A stretch of DNA of 64,000 bases from an uncultured Clostridia bacterium (GCA_944377165.1 CALWEJ010000003.1:10150-74149), one strand, 5' to 3'; positions 1 to 10,349 are shown, numbered from the stretch's first letter. Program-made: numbers and translations. The notes: a model not told the origin generated them from the letters alone.

Positions 1-242
1 CTAGTATTGATAACGTTTGTATTTATAAAGAATATCCAGCGCGGGAAAAGAAAAGCGCGGGTCTTTCAGCGCGCGATTTATATAAGGAAATAAAGAAAGT
101 AAATAGCCGTGTTCACTATTGCGCGAGTTTAAAAGCGGTGGCGGATAAAATCACTAATTATGACGCAGTTGCGTTCGTTGGAGCGGGTGATATTGACCAA
201 ATTGCTAAAAAGATTGTGAAAATAACTAAAAAAAAGTGTTGA
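1..242 (+). CDS. Mur ligase family protein, C-terminal fragment (MurC-like); 5' end outside window
   Basis: The frame is open from the window edge (frame of nt 3) to TGA at 240-242. The translation ...IYKEYPAREKKSAGLSARDLYKEI...VAFVGAGDIDQIAKKIV resembles the C-terminal domain of Mur ligases. It is absent from the ORF track because it has no in-window start. Confidence 0.5.
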   Translation, partial: SIDNVCIYKEYPAREKKSAGLSARDLYKEIKKVNSRVHYCASLKAVADKITNYDAVAFVGAGDIDQIAKKIVKITKKKC

Positions 243-267
243 CAAAATAAATATTTCAAGTTATAAT
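239..267 (+). promoter_or_regulatory. sigma-70-type promoter for rpmE
   Basis: TTGACA (239-244), a 17-nt spacer, then TATAAT (262-267), about 30 nt upstream of the rpmE SD/ATG. Confidence 0.6.
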
Positions 268-298
268 CATACGACTGAAAATGTTCGAAGGAGAGATT

Positions 299-517
299 AT
301 GAAGAAAGATATACAACCAAAATATGTTGAAGTCACTTTCGTATGCGCGTGTGGACACGAGTTCAAAAATAAGACTTCTAAGCCTGGTGTTAAAGAAGGC
401 GATGTTGTTAAACTAGAAGTTTGCGATAAATGTCATCCATTTTTCACTGGACAACAAAAACTTGTTGACACTGAAGGTCGTGTAGATAAATTCAATAAGA
501 AATTTAAAATTAATTAG
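299..517 (+). CDS. rpmE: 50S ribosomal protein L31 (zinc-binding C+ form)
   Basis: Track ORF 281-517 trimmed to ATG 299 (MKKDIQPKY...), which follows a GGAGAG SD. It carries CxCGH...CDKCHPFFTG motifs typical of L31 type A. Confidence 0.93.
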   Translation: MKKDIQPKYVEVTFVCACGHEFKNKTSKPGVKEGDVVKLEVCDKCHPFFTGQQKLVDTEGRVDKFNKKFKIN

Positions 518-585
518 CGTTTTTGCGTTCCTTTTTTGCATAGGCAGATTAGGGGCGCATTTTTTATTTTTAAGGCAGGTCGATT

Positions 586-1410
586 ATGAAGATGTTTGAA
601 TTTAGGTCAATGCTAAAAGAGAAGGCAAAATCACTTGATATTGATAGTGTTGATATAGATTATCTAATTGCGGACGTGTTAAATGTTTCGCGCACTGACC
701 TAGTTCTTATCGATGAAATAGATGAGAAAAATAAACGTAAGATTTTAAAACTTGCTAAAAAGAGATTTAGACATATCCCTATTGATAAAATCTTAAAGCA
801 TACTTATTTTTACGGTTATGAGTATACAGTTAACGAAAATGTATTAACTCCGCGACAAGATAGCGAAATTCTAGTAGATACCGCACTTGACCTTATTAAA
901 GAAAATTCTTATAATACACTTCTAGATATGTGCACAGGCTCAGGCTGTCTAGCAGTATCAATAAAGAAAAATGTTGATATTTTAGTCGATGCTGTGGATA
1001 TCTCGAAGAGGGCATTGAAAGTTGCTAAAAAAAATGCAAAGCAAAATGTGGTAGATATTAGATTTATCCACTCAAATATGTTTTCAAATGTAGATAAGTC
1101 ATACGATTTAATTATATCCAATCCACCATATATTGCAACTGACGAAATCGCTTCACTAGATAAGGAAGTGCGCAGTTATGACCCACGTCTAGCCTTAGAC
1201 GGCGGAGCGGACGGACTTAAATTTTATCGTAAGATTTATGAAAATTTATCTAGCCATTTGAATGACAACGGAATGGTTATATTAGAGATAGGCGAAGGGC
1301 AAAGCGAAGATATAAAGAAAATATTTTCAAATTGTTCACTTGTAAGCGAAATTAAAGATTATAATGGAATTATACGTTGTTTAGCATTTAAATTAAAGGA
1401 GAGATTATGA
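586..1410 (+). CDS. prmC: release factor glutamine N5-methyltransferase PrmC/HemK
   Basis: 274 aa with a SAM-binding motif (DMCTGSGC) and an NPPY motif (ISNPPY). The stop overlaps the prfA start (ATGA). Confidence 0.9.
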   Translation: MKMFEFRSMLKEKAKSLDIDSVDIDYLIADVLNVSRTDLVLIDEIDEKNKRKILKLAKKRFRHIPIDKILKHTYFYGYEYTVNENVLTPRQDSEILVDTALDLIKENSYNTLLDMCTGSGCLAVSIKKNVDILVDAVDISKRALKVAKKNAKQNVVDIRFIHSNMFSNVDKSYDLIISNPPYIATDEIASLDKEVRSYDPRLALDGGADGLKFYRKIYENLSSHLNDNGMVILEIGEGQSEDIKKIFSNCSLVSEIKDYNGIIRCLAFKLKERL

Positions 1411-2480
1411 TAGAGAAATTAAAAGCAATTAAAGATAAATTTGACCTTCTTACTCAAGATATTTCTAATCCAGACATAATTGCTGATAATAAACTATGGC
1501 AACAAAAAGTTAAAGAACATTCTAATCTTCAACCACTTATGGAAGAATATGATAAATATGTAAAATTTGATAAAGATTTACACGATGCGAATGAGCTTTT
1601 AGAGTCCGAAACAGACGAAGAAATGCGCGAAATGTTAAAAGAAGAAATTAAGTCTTTAAAAGATAGTCTAGAAAAGAGCGAAGAAAATCTCAAACTTTTG
1701 TTGCTCCCTAAAGATGAAAACGATACAAAGAACGTCATCTTAGAAATCCGTGGTGGCGCGGGCGGAGAGGAAAGTGCATTATTTGCACATAGCCTGCTTA
1801 GAATGTATCAAATGTATTGCGACAACCATAAGTTCAAAATGGAGATATTGAATATCGAAGAAACTGAGTTAGGCGGAGTAAAAGAAGTCCAAGCACTTAT
1901 TAAAGGCAAAAATGCATACGCACGATTCAAGTACGAGTCAGGAGTTCACAGAGTTCAGCGCGTGCCAGAAACAGAAAGTCAAGGGCGCGTTCATACTTCT
2001 ACTGTCACGGTAGCAATCTTGCCAGAAATGGAAGACGCGGAAGTTCAAATCGACGAAAAAGATATTCGTATAGATATATTTAGGAGCAGTGGTGCGGGCG
2101 GACAAAAAGTCAACAAGACTGATTCTGCTATACGTATAACTCACTTCCCTACAGGCATTGTAGTCAGTTGCCAAGACGAACGTAGCCAAACTCAGAATAA
2201 AGAGAAAGCGTTTGCAATGCTTAGAGCGAAAGTTTACGATTATTATCAACAGCAAAAAGAAGCGGAATATAAGCAAAATCGTAAGAGTCAAGTAGGCACA
2301 GGAGATAGGAGTGAGCGTATAAGAACGTACAACTTCCCGCAAGGTAGAGTAACTGACCATAGAATTGGATTGAGCCTATACAATATCGATTCATTTATGG
2401 ACGGAAATATTGACGAGATGATAGACGCATTGACACTTGCTGACCAACAGAGAAAACTCGCAGAGAGCACAGAAAATTAA
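1407..2480 (+). CDS. prfA: peptide chain release factor 1
   Basis: 357 aa with a GGQ motif (SGAGGQKVN) and the RF1-type PxT tripeptide (VPETES). Confidence 0.95.
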   Translation: MIEKLKAIKDKFDLLTQDISNPDIIADNKLWQQKVKEHSNLQPLMEEYDKYVKFDKDLHDANELLESETDEEMREMLKEEIKSLKDSLEKSEENLKLLLLPKDENDTKNVILEIRGGAGGEESALFAHSLLRMYQMYCDNHKFKMEILNIEETELGGVKEVQALIKGKNAYARFKYESGVHRVQRVPETESQGRVHTSTVTVAILPEMEDAEVQIDEKDIRIDIFRSSGAGGQKVNKTDSAIRITHFPTGIVVSCQDERSQTQNKEKAFAMLRAKVYDYYQQQKEAEYKQNRKSQVGTGDRSERIRTYNFPQGRVTDHRIGLSLYNIDSFMDGNIDEMIDALTLADQQRKLAESTEN

Positions 2481-2504
2481 GGATAGTTTGACTATCCTTT
2501 TTTA
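2479..2504 (+). terminator. rho-independent terminator after prfA
   Basis: Hairpin AAGGATAG-tttg-ACTATCCTT followed by a T-run. Confidence 0.75.
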
Positions 2505-2604
2505 TTTTGTAATATAAAAATTTTATTCGACAAATTATGACTAATATTCACTTTTATTTGCCAAATTAATTATATTGTGTTATATTATTTTATAGGAGAA
2601 ATTT

Positions 2605-4446
2605 ATGGCAAATTACTTAAAACAAGATAGGGAACAAGGTTATGTTACAGATAATGCAGAGATTAATTATCTTATTTTTAATAATATGCGTCACACTGTA
2701 TTCGGGTGTATGCTCGGTGATTTTGATTCACATGGCATTTATTCTGTAGATAAAGAAATCGTACGCGAACTTATTGAAATGAAAAAGTACATTGTCGATT
2801 CTGAAGATAATATTGAACTATGTGTTAGCGAGTTAAAACTCTTAAAGCAAATATCTTTTTTAGTCACGTTTGAAGGTAATCGCGCAACATTATCATTAAT
2901 TGAAAAGATTAACCATGAAGCGAATATAAAGATAAATAGCGGGACATATAGCGATGTCAATGAATTTATCTTAGACGTAATTGAAACTTCGGGTGAAGTC
3001 GATAGGAATGTAGTTTATCATAAATGGAATATAAGTCCTTTTTCGGGTGATATTTTAGACGTTTTTAAGATGGATGAAGAAACTCTAAGTGCATATTATG
3101 GAATTGTGAACCGCTTTAAATTTTTACTTTCAGCGAATAATGTTTTATTAAAGAGTGATGAGAATATCGATTCGGTTGAGTCTGAATTAGCTGTACGCAT
3201 GCTTGAGATCATTAAACATTACCCTAAATTAAAAGCAGTGTTTGACAAACAATTCAAGGCGAGATTGGAAGAGAAATCGGACTTTATTAAACTTGATAAG
3301 CCTAATTTTGCAAGCACGATAAATGAAGTTGTGAATAATATTGTTGAAAGTAATATTGGAGTTTTAACCGAACAGGATCAAGAAGAATTTTCTCTAGAAA
3401 AGCACAATGCACTCGTTGATTATAATATTAAAATTCGTGATGCAGTAGAACTTAAAACAAATAACCCTGTTTTAGCACACAGTGAAGATATACTTAATGA
3501 AAACGAAAAAATTACAGATGAAATAATAGGGGTTGAAAATTCTAATAATCAGCCGTCTGAAGTCTTAATCATAGACACGAAAGGCACTGAGAATAGAGAT
3601 ATAAATGATATATCAAAAGAATATGCAGAAACCCTCAAACAAGAACAAAGCAAAGCAATTGAGCGCGCGCTTAAAGATGTTTTTGGTGACAATAGCGAAG
3701 CAAGTAAAGACAATAATAATGAAGCAATAGAAGGCGAAAATAATGAAGTAACTCAAGGCAAAAATTATTTTCACCGCGTTTTGATTGAAGCTACTAAAGA
3801 AATAATTGGTACAGCATTAATACGAGAAATAATAACAAGTGCTACAGAAGAAAGTATTAAAGAAAGAGAACAAGATAGAGAATTAGAGACAAACAATTCA
3901 TCGAACAAAGAAACAAAAGTAGAAGCATCGGCGACTAATGGAAATACAACTAGAAATGTAAATTCATCTAGTAATACTAGGAATGCATCAAATGCAAGGG
4001 TGAATGCAAGGAGATCTTCTAATAGGAGTGAAACAAACTCTCGAACTAAAGCGACTACAACACAAACTAATAGTTCTGAAAGCACCGATTCAAGCGATTC
4101 ATATGATTACGACGATGACGATAACCGATATGGGACTCAACCTACGGGGAGATCGTTGATTCGCAGTGTGACTGAAGGACTGCAAGATGAAAATAAAGTT
4201 GACCAATCAAATACGAAAGTTAGAGAACCAAAAGACGGAGAAACGGTTAAAGATGAATCAATGTTAAAGGTAGATAGAGGTTCGGAAGATTATGAAAAAA
4301 TTGCAGACATTGTTAAAAGTAAGCAAAATAATATGGTGAATGGTTGTAATAGTATTATGAAGGATATTATTAGAACTATTACAGATCTGGAAATTAAAAG
4401 CAATACGAATATTGAGAATCATGAACAAGAAATTGTACAGAATTAA
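2605..4446 (+). CDS. hypothetical protein with long low-complexity S/N/T/R/D-rich C-terminal region
   Basis: 613-aa ORF with an AGGAG SD 7 nt upstream. I recognised no family. Residues ~430-510 are compositionally biased (NSSSNTRNASNARVNARRSSNRSETNSRTKATTTQTNSSESTDSSDSYDYDDDDN). Confidence 0.7.
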   Translation: MANYLKQDREQGYVTDNAEINYLIFNNMRHTVFGCMLGDFDSHGIYSVDKEIVRELIEMKKYIVDSEDNIELCVSELKLLKQISFLVTFEGNRATLSLIEKINHEANIKINSGTYSDVNEFILDVIETSGEVDRNVVYHKWNISPFSGDILDVFKMDEETLSAYYGIVNRFKFLLSANNVLLKSDENIDSVESELAVRMLEIIKHYPKLKAVFDKQFKARLEEKSDFIKLDKPNFASTINEVVNNIVESNIGVLTEQDQEEFSLEKHNALVDYNIKIRDAVELKTNNPVLAHSEDILNENEKITDEIIGVENSNNQPSEVLIIDTKGTENRDINDISKEYAETLKQEQSKAIERALKDVFGDNSEASKDNNNEAIEGENNEVTQGKNYFHRVLIEATKEIIGTALIREIITSATEESIKEREQDRELETNNSSNKETKVEASATNGNTTRNVNSSSNTRNASNARVNARRSSNRSETNSRTKATTTQTNSSESTDSSDSYDYDDDDNRYGTQPTGRSLIRSVTEGLQDENKVDQSNTKVREPKDGETVKDESMLKVDRGSEDYEKIADIVKSKQNNMVNGCNSIMKDIIRTITDLEIKSNTNIENHEQEIVQN

Positions 4447-4586
4447 GACGAGTTGAAAAATACGGAACAATGAATTTAATAGTTTATGATATAGAAAATT
4501 AATTGCTTTTATAAGGCATAAAACTTCTTAATATTATAGGCAAAACATAATGAAAATAAAATTTATCACGAATAATTTTATATACT

Positions 4587-4617
4587 AAAAATTCACGGTT
4601 AAATCCGTGAATTTTTT
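4587..4617. terminator. bidirectional rho-independent terminator
   Basis: AAAAATTCACGG-ttaaat-CCGTGAATTTTTT lies between convergent ORFs 2605-4446 (+) and 4619-5104 (-). Confidence 0.8.
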
Positions 4618-4618
4618 A

Positions 4619-5104
4619 TTATAAATTAATGTTTGCTGATCTTAAATCCTCTATATAAAGATCCTTTTGTTTATTAATAAATCCCGTATAATATCCAACC
4701 ATAGAAGTCAGTTTCATATTTTCTTGCGTAAGACTGATAGGTGCCTCACTTTTTTTGTTAAATTCTTTTAACAATTTAGTGTAGTCATCTAAAATATTTT
4801 TAATATTTAAAGAACAAGAATCTGGTTTATATCCCCATAATGAAAATAATGCATATATTAATGATACTCTATCGGCGCCGGATGTAGTAGCTGTTATATA
4901 ATTGTATTTGGAAAGTATTAAATCCATAATATCGGAAGCAAATTTTTTCACTTGCTCATCGGGTATTTCGGTATATACGTCTTTTTCATCTTCTTTAAGC
5001 TTTATATAGTATCTATCAAATATTTCGTTGTGTGACAACGTCTCAAGATTTTTTTTATAAAAATCATAAGTGTAAAAATCATCAGCTTTAAAATTACTTT
5101 CCAT
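4619..5104 (-). CDS. hypothetical protein
   Basis: 161-aa ORF with an AGGAG SD upstream on the minus strand. No family recognised. Confidence 0.6.
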   Translation of the reverse strand: MESNFKADDFYTYDFYKKNLETLSHNEIFDRYYIKLKEDEKDVYTEIPDEQVKKFASDIMDLILSKYNYITATTSGADRVSLIYALFSLWGYKPDSCSLNIKNILDDYTKLLKEFNKKSEAPISLTQENMKLTSMVGYYTGFINKQKDLYIEDLRSANINL

Positions 5105-5308
5105 ATATATCTCCTAAATTTTTTATTCGCTGACATTGTAGCATACAATTTTAATTTTGTAAATACCTTTTTTAAAAATTTTTATTATTTGGCTATATAA
5201 TTTTATCTTTAAGAAAAATATCGTTCAAATAATCGTATTCGATTATTAAAGATTAGTGAAAGATTAGTGTTTGTATTAATATTAGAATTAGATGATATAT
5301 TTGATTTA

Positions 5309-5348
5309 CTGCATACCTACATTATATTACTGTACACTTACATTATAT
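5309..5348. repeat. two 19-nt direct repeats spaced 21 nt apart (CTGYAYACYTACATTATAT)
   Basis: 5309-5327 and 5330-5348 match at 16/19 positions. They sit in the divergent spacer between the 4619-5104 (-) gene and the S10 promoter. A tandem AAGATTAGTG x2 lies nearby at about 5250-5272. Confidence 0.6.
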
Positions 5349-5528
5349 GTTTAATTTATCGCACATAATATCTACCTATTTTATTATATATTAATTTCCT
5401 TATTATAATGTTTATAAAAATGAACTAAAAACGATATAAATATATTTTATATGAAAATGGCTGTTGACTATGGAAAAATTCCATATAAAAAATATGCAAA
5501 AAATATGCAAAAAATTTTGAAAAAACCG

Positions 5529-5557
5529 TTGACAAAGTAAAAAATCTTTGTTAGAAT
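5529..5557 (+). promoter_or_regulatory. S10 operon promoter
   Basis: TTGACA (5529-5534), a 17-nt spacer, then TAGAAT (5552-5557). It is preceded by phased A-tracts with a duplicated AAAAATATGC (UP-element-like). Confidence 0.7.
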
Positions 5558-5564
5558 ATACTTG

Positions 5565-5812
5565 CTGATTTATGTGGGGAGAAGCATAAGGTTGCATTCG
5601 TTAGCAACTATGAATGGGAATTTATGCTGACCATAACTCGTAAGAGTGCCAGCGCAAAATGACGGGTTAGCCCGAATTTATTTTTGTGAATCAGTACTTA
5701 ACACACGGCTCAGTGTTAATACGTGCGTGAGCGCATAACTCATACGACGTGTGACGCGGTCAACGTTAAGCTAGTTGGTTATTGGCTTTACTAAATTTAA
5801 AAGGAGAGAAAA
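5565..5812 (+). promoter_or_regulatory. long structured 5' leader of the S10 operon (candidate r-protein autoregulatory leader)
   Basis: About 250 nt lie between the promoter and the rpsJ ATG. This stretch is markedly more GC-rich than other spacers. It contains several hairpins, e.g. AGCATAA/TTATGCT (5583-5628) and TTAACAC-acggctca-GTGTTAA (about 5698-5719). Confidence 0.45.
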
Positions 5813-6121
5813 ATGGCAACAGTAAAACTAAGAATTAAACTTGCATCATATGATACAGGTTTACTCGAGAATGTAGTTTCAAGAATTCTTGATACTGCAA
5901 CAAAGTCTGGATGCAAAGTATCTGGACCTATTCCGCTTCCTACAAAGAGAGAAGTGGTGACAATCATTCGTGCAACGCACAGATATAAAGATTCGAGAGA
6001 ACAATTCGAATCACGTACACATTGTAGATTAATTGATGTTTACGCTCCAAATCAAAAGGCTGTAGAGAGTCTTACAAGACTTAACGTTCCAGCTGGCGTA
6101 GATATTAAGGTAGAGTTATAA
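5813..6121 (+). CDS. rpsJ: 30S ribosomal protein S10
   Basis: 102 aa with S10 family sequence. It is the first gene of the canonical S10 operon and has a GGAGAG SD. Confidence 0.97.
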   Translation: MATVKLRIKLASYDTGLLENVVSRILDTATKSGCKVSGPIPLPTKREVVTIIRATHRYKDSREQFESRTHCRLIDVYAPNQKAVESLTRLNVPAGVDIKVEL

Positions 6122-6132
6122 GGAGGGCCACA

Positions 6133-6765
6133 ATGGAAAAAGCGATTATCGGTAAAAAGATTGGAATGACGCAAGTATTCACTGACGACGGTAAAGTAGT
6201 ACCAGTCACAGTAGTAGAAGCTGGTCCTTGCTATGTCACTCAAATCAAGACAACAGACAAGGACGGATACAATTCTGTTCAATTAGGATATGGTGACATT
6301 AAAAGTAAAAATGTAAATAAAGCGCAAGCAGGCATTTACAAGAAAGCAAATGTTGAAGCAAAACGCGTTTTAAAAGAATTCAAATATGACGACATTACTA
6401 AATTTGCTGTAGGACAAGAAGTTAAAGCTGATATGTTCTCAGCAGGCGATATGGTAGATGTCAGCGGTATATCAAAAGGTCATGGTTTCACAGGCGTTAT
6501 CAAACGTTGGAACCAACGCAGACTAAAAATGACTCACGGTGTTGGACCTGTTCATAGAGAAGTCGGTTCTATGGGCGCTAACTCAACTCCTAGCCGAGTA
6601 TTTAAGGGTAAGAAGATGCCTGGTCAATATGGTCATGAAGCAGTGACTGTTCAAAATCTAAGAGTAGTACGCGTAGATGCGGATAGGAACTTGATATTTG
6701 TTAAGGGCGCAATCCCAGGTCCTAACAAGTCCATTGTTACAATCAAGTCCGCAGCTAAGGCTTAA
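6133..6765 (+). CDS. rplC: 50S ribosomal protein L3
   Basis: 210 aa starting [16 protein letters not shown]...; L3 sequence and operon position. Confidence 0.97.
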   Translation: MEKAIIGKKIGMTQVFTDDGKVVPVTVVEAGPCYVTQIKTTDKDGYNSVQLGYGDIKSKNVNKAQAGIYKKANVEAKRVLKEFKYDDITKFAVGQEVKADMFSAGDMVDVSGISKGHGFTGVIKRWNQRRLKMTHGVGPVHREVGSMGANSTPSRVFKGKKMPGQYGHEAVTVQNLRVVRVDADRNLIFVKGAIPGPNKSIVTIKSAAKA

Positions 6766-6778
6766 GTAGGAGATTAGT

Positions 6779-7402
6779 ATGGCGAAACTTAAAGTTTACA
6801 ATATGAAGAAAGAAGAAGTCGGCACAATTAGTCTTAACGAGATGGTGTTCGACGCTGACTACAACGAAGCATTAATTCACCAAGTTGTAGTGGCAATTCA
6901 CAATAACGGACGTCAAGGTACAAAATCTACATTGACTCGTAGCGAAGTGAATGCTAGTAAAAAGAAAATCTATAGACAAAAAGGCACCGGTGGTGCGCGT
7001 CACGACGAAAAGAGCGCTCCACAATTCGATGGAGGTGGCGTAGTATTCGCTCCAAAGCCACGTGACTTCAGTCAAAAAATCAATAAGAAGATGCGCGATA
7101 TAGCATTCTCTAGCGCACTTTCTCAAAAGATTAGACAAAACGAAGTTGTTATCTTAGACGATATCACTTTTGCTGACAACAAGACTAAATCTGCTAGCGA
7201 ATTCTTAAAGAATTTCGGATTAAATAAACGCACTTTAATCGTTACTGACGGCAAAAACGAAGGAGTTATTAAATCAACTAACAATATTCAGAATGTTTCA
7301 TGTGTCGATGCTATGCTATTGAACGTCGCTGAGATAGTTGAAAATACTTTCTTAGTGTTCAGCAAAGATGCTATTAAGAAATTAGAGGAGGCATACGTAT
7401 AA
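6779..7402 (+). CDS. rplD: 50S ribosomal protein L4
   Basis: 207 aa containing the QKGTGGAR motif; operon position. Confidence 0.97.
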   Translation: MAKLKVYNMKKEEVGTISLNEMVFDADYNEALIHQVVVAIHNNGRQGTKSTLTRSEVNASKKKIYRQKGTGGARHDEKSAPQFDGGGVVFAPKPRDFSQKINKKMRDIAFSSALSQKIRQNEVVILDDITFADNKTKSASEFLKNFGLNKRTLIVTDGKNEGVIKSTNNIQNVSCVDAMLLNVAEIVENTFLVFSKDAIKKLEEAYV

Positions 7403-7704
7403 TGAGAGCGCAAGAAATTATCTTAGAGCCTATTATGACAGAAAAATCATACGCAGGCATCCAAAACAAAGTTTACACATTTAAAGTAGCAACTAGTGCT
7501 AACAAAGTTGAAATTAAAAAGGCAGTTGAAGAATTGTTCGATGTGCAAGTAGCACGCGTTAACACAATCAGTTGCAAAGGTAAACTCAAAACTAGAAATA
7601 CAAAAAGTGGACAAGTAACAGGTAGAACAAGCGATTATAAGAAAGCAGTCGTTTTCTTGCGCCCAGAATCAAAGGCTATCGCATTCTTCGAGAACTTGAA
7701 CTAG
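7402..7704 (+). CDS. rplW: 50S ribosomal protein L23
   Basis: 100 aa; L23 sequence. The start overlaps the rplD stop. Confidence 0.96.
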   Translation: MRAQEIILEPIMTEKSYAGIQNKVYTFKVATSANKVEIKKAVEELFDVQVARVNTISCKGKLKTRNTKSGQVTGRTSDYKKAVVFLRPESKAIAFFENLN

Positions 7705-7717
7705 AAAGGAGTAGAAT

Positions 7718-8554
7718 ATGGCTATTAGAAGCAAAAAACCTACCTCTGCAGGTAGCAGATTTGTCACTTATAAGACGTATGATGAACTCACTAAAGATTC
7801 ATCTGTTCCTAAATCTCTTTTAACAACTGTTAAAAAGACTGGCGGACGTAATGCTCAGGGTAAGATTACTGTACGTAATATCGGTGGCGAAAATAGACGT
7901 AAATATAGAATTATCGACTTTAAACGTAAAAAAGATGGTGTTGTAGCTACAGTTGAGAGCATTCAATACGACCCTAACCGTACAGCTTATATTGCACTTT
8001 TAGTGTATGCTGACGGGGAAAAGAAATTTATCATCGCGCCTAAGGGCTTAAATGTTGGTGATAAAGTTATGAGTGGTGCTGGCGCAGAAATTAAACCCGG
8101 CAATGCACTTGAATTAAAAGATATACCACTTGGTACTAAAGTTCATAACATTGAGTTACAACCCGGACGTGGCGGACAAATGGTTCGTTCAGCTGGTATC
8201 TCAGCTCAATTAATGGCGAAAGAAGGTGCTTATGCTACCCTTCGTTTACCTAGCGGTGAAATGAGAAAAGTAAGTTTAGATTGTCGTGCTACTATCGGTG
8301 AAATCGGCAATGAAGAAAATGAAATTGTATCACTAGGCAAGGCTGGACGTAAACGTCATATGGGTATTCGCCCATCTGTTCGTGGTAGCGCTATGAACCC
8401 AGTTGATCACCCACACGGTGGTGGTGAAGGTAAGTCACCAGTCGGACACGCTGGTCCAGTGACTCCTTGGGGCAAACCTGCACTTGGATACAAGACTAGA
8501 AAACATAACAAGGCTTCTGACAAACTTATTGTCAAGAGAGCTAAATCTAAGTAG
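7718..8554 (+). CDS. rplB: 50S ribosomal protein L2
   Basis: 278 aa with the conserved [13 protein letters not shown] motif. Confidence 0.98.
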   Translation: MAIRSKKPTSAGSRFVTYKTYDELTKDSSVPKSLLTTVKKTGGRNAQGKITVRNIGGENRRKYRIIDFKRKKDGVVATVESIQYDPNRTAYIALLVYADGEKKFIIAPKGLNVGDKVMSGAGAEIKPGNALELKDIPLGTKVHNIELQPGRGGQMVRSAGISAQLMAKEGAYATLRLPSGEMRKVSLDCRATIGEIGNEENEIVSLGKAGRKRHMGIRPSVRGSAMNPVDHPHGGGEGKSPVGHAGPVTPWGKPALGYKTRKHNKASDKLIVKRAKSK

Positions 8555-8563
8555 GAGTAGATT

Positions 8564-8836
8564 ATGAGTAGAAGTTTAAAGAAAAAACCTTTTGTGGAAG
8601 AAAAGTTGATGCGTCGCATCCGCGAAATGAATGAAAAGGGTGAGAAGAAGGCTTTAAAGACTTGGTCAAGGTCAAGCACTATCTATCCTGAATTCGTAGG
8701 TCACACAATCGCTGTTCACAATGGTAGAAAACATGTACCTGTTTACTGCACTGTCGATATGGTTGGTCATAAGTTAGGTGAATTTGCACCTACTCGTACC
8801 TTCAAAGGACATAAGCAGAAAGAGGCTAAGAAATAG
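8564..8836 (+). CDS. rpsS: 30S ribosomal protein S19
   Basis: 90 aa starting [11 protein letters not shown]... and containing [10 protein letters not shown]. Confidence 0.97.
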   Translation: MSRSLKKKPFVEEKLMRRIREMNEKGEKKALKTWSRSSTIYPEFVGHTIAVHNGRKHVPVYCTVDMVGHKLGEFAPTRTFKGHKQKEAKK

Positions 8837-8845
8837 GAGTAAACT

Positions 8846-9235
8846 ATGGCAAAGAGAATTAGAGAAAAAGCAGAATTGTTAAATCAAAATAAAGACACTC
8901 GTCCTTATGCTAGTGTTCGCTATGTTAGGCTTTCTCCTACAAAAGCAAAAATCGTTATCGACACAGTAAGAGGTAAGAGTTATGATGATGCAGTGGCTAT
9001 ATTGTCGAATATGCCACACGAAGCAGCAGCTATACTTTTAAAAGTTGTTAAATCCGCTGGTGCAAATGCTGAGAACAATAAGGGATTAAACGTGCACGAT
9101 TTATATCTTGCTGAGATTATTCTCGGACAAGGTCCAACTCGTGTTAACAAAATTAATTTCCAAGGTCGCGGTCGTACAAGCAGAATAACTACAAGAACTA
9201 GTCACATCAAAGTTGTGCTAGGTGTAAAGGAGTAA
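8846..9235 (+). CDS. rplV: 50S ribosomal protein L22
   Basis: 129 aa; L22 sequence and operon position. Confidence 0.96.
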   Translation: MAKRIREKAELLNQNKDTRPYASVRYVRLSPTKAKIVIDTVRGKSYDDAVAILSNMPHEAAAILLKVVKSAGANAENNKGLNVHDLYLAEIILGQGPTRVNKINFQGRGRTSRITTRTSHIKVVLGVKE

Positions 9236-9238
9236 TTT

Positions 9239-9916
9239 ATGGGACAAAAAGTTAATCCAAATGGAATGCGTCTAGGTATCAATAAGACTTGGAACTCTTT
9301 CTGGTACGCAGACAAGAAAGATATTGCTAAAAACATTAAGGAAGATAACACTATCCGTAATTATATCCTTAAAGAATATAAAAATTGCGCTATCTCAAAC
9401 GTATTAATTGAGAGAACAAACGACACTTTAACTGTTTCCGTTTACACTGCTAAGCCAGGTGTGCTTATCGGTCAAAAGGGTGCAGGTGTTGAGCAATTAA
9501 AGAAAATCGTTGAGAATTTGTCTAATGCTAAACGCGTTAACGTTAACGTTGTTGAAGTTAAGAACCCTGATTTAGATGCAAAACTTGTAGCTGAATCAAT
9601 CGCTAGTCAACTTGAAAAACGTGCACAATTCCGTCGCGTTATGAAATCTGCTATGCAAAGAGTAATGCGTGCTGGTGCACAAGGTGTTAAGACTATGGTG
9701 TCTGGACGTCTTGACGGCGCTGAAATCGCTCGTAGTGAACACTACCACGAAGGTTCATTACCTCTTCACACAATTAGAGCTAATATAGATTATGCTTGCG
9801 TTGAAGCACACACTACTTTCGGTGTACTTGGCGTTAAAGTTTGGATCTATAAGGGCGAAATTTTAGGCAAAGTATCTCAAAGTTCTGTACAAAATCACAA
9901 GAAAGGAGAGAACTAA
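9239..9916 (+). CDS. rpsC: 30S ribosomal protein S3
   Basis: 225 aa starting [13 protein letters not shown]... Confidence 0.97.
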   Translation: MGQKVNPNGMRLGINKTWNSFWYADKKDIAKNIKEDNTIRNYILKEYKNCAISNVLIERTNDTLTVSVYTAKPGVLIGQKGAGVEQLKKIVENLSNAKRVNVNVVEVKNPDLDAKLVAESIASQLEKRAQFRRVMKSAMQRVMRAGAQGVKTMVSGRLDGAEIARSEHYHEGSLPLHTIRANIDYACVEAHTTFGVLGVKVWIYKGEILGKVSQSSVQNHKKGEN

Positions 9917-9917
9917 T

Positions 9918-10349
9918 ATGTTATTGCCTAAGAGAGAAAAAAGAAGAAAACAATTCCGCGGTCGTATGACTGGACGTGCTATTCGTGGTAGCAAAGTTGT
10001 TTATGGAGATTACGGTCTTCAAGCGGTAGAGCCTTGCTGGATAACTCCTAACCAAATAGAAGCAGCCCGTGTCGCTATCAGTAGATATATGAAACGTGGC
10101 GGTAAACTATGGATAAAAGTTTTCCCAGATAAGCCTATCACAAAGAAACCTGCCGATACTCGTATGGGTAGTGGTAAAGGTGCACAAGTTGGTCACGTAG
10201 CAGTAGTTAAACGTGACAGAGTTATATTTGAAGTAAGTGGCCCAAGCGAAGAAGTTTGCTTAGAGGCTTTAAGACTTGCTTCACACAAACTTCCTTGCAA
10301 AACTAGAGTAGTTCGTAAGGAAAAAGGCGGTGAAAACAATGAAGAATAA
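9918..10349 (+). CDS. rplP: 50S ribosomal protein L16
   Basis: 143 aa starting [17 protein letters not shown]... Confidence 0.97.
   Translation: MLLPKREKRRKQFRGRMTGRAIRGSKVVYGDYGLQAVEPCWITPNQIEAARVAISRYMKRGGKLWIKVFPDKPITKKPADTRMGSGKGAQVGHVAVVKRDRVIFEVSGPSEEVCLEALRLASHKLPCKTRVVRKEKGGENNEE

Noticed and set aside
281-298. N-terminal extensions of track ORFs: 281, 10520, 12712, 21247, 30206, 31401, 36338, 36894, 44814, 44770 (minus strand), 53289 (minus strand), 57630, 59512 and 61643.
   Set aside because: In each case an internal ATG is preceded by a good SD and matches the conserved family N-terminus or signal peptide. The extension itself overlaps a terminator, a promoter or an upstream gene.
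158-358. 66-aa minus-strand ORF spanning the Mur-ligase 3' end, the rpmE promoter and the rpmE start.
   Set aside because: It is antisense to two better-supported features and has no SD.
1408-1410. Possibility of an alternative genetic code (TGA=Trp, Mollicutes-like), given the low GC.
   Set aside because: TGA terminates well-conserved genes at the expected length (e.g. prmC at 1408-1410 and the Mur ligase at 240-242). Trp positions in conserved proteins are encoded by TGG.
5412-5597. 61-aa minus-strand ORF in the spacer upstream of rpsJ.
   Set aside because: It overlaps the consensus S10 promoter and the UP-like A-tracts. It has low-complexity AT-driven composition and no SD.
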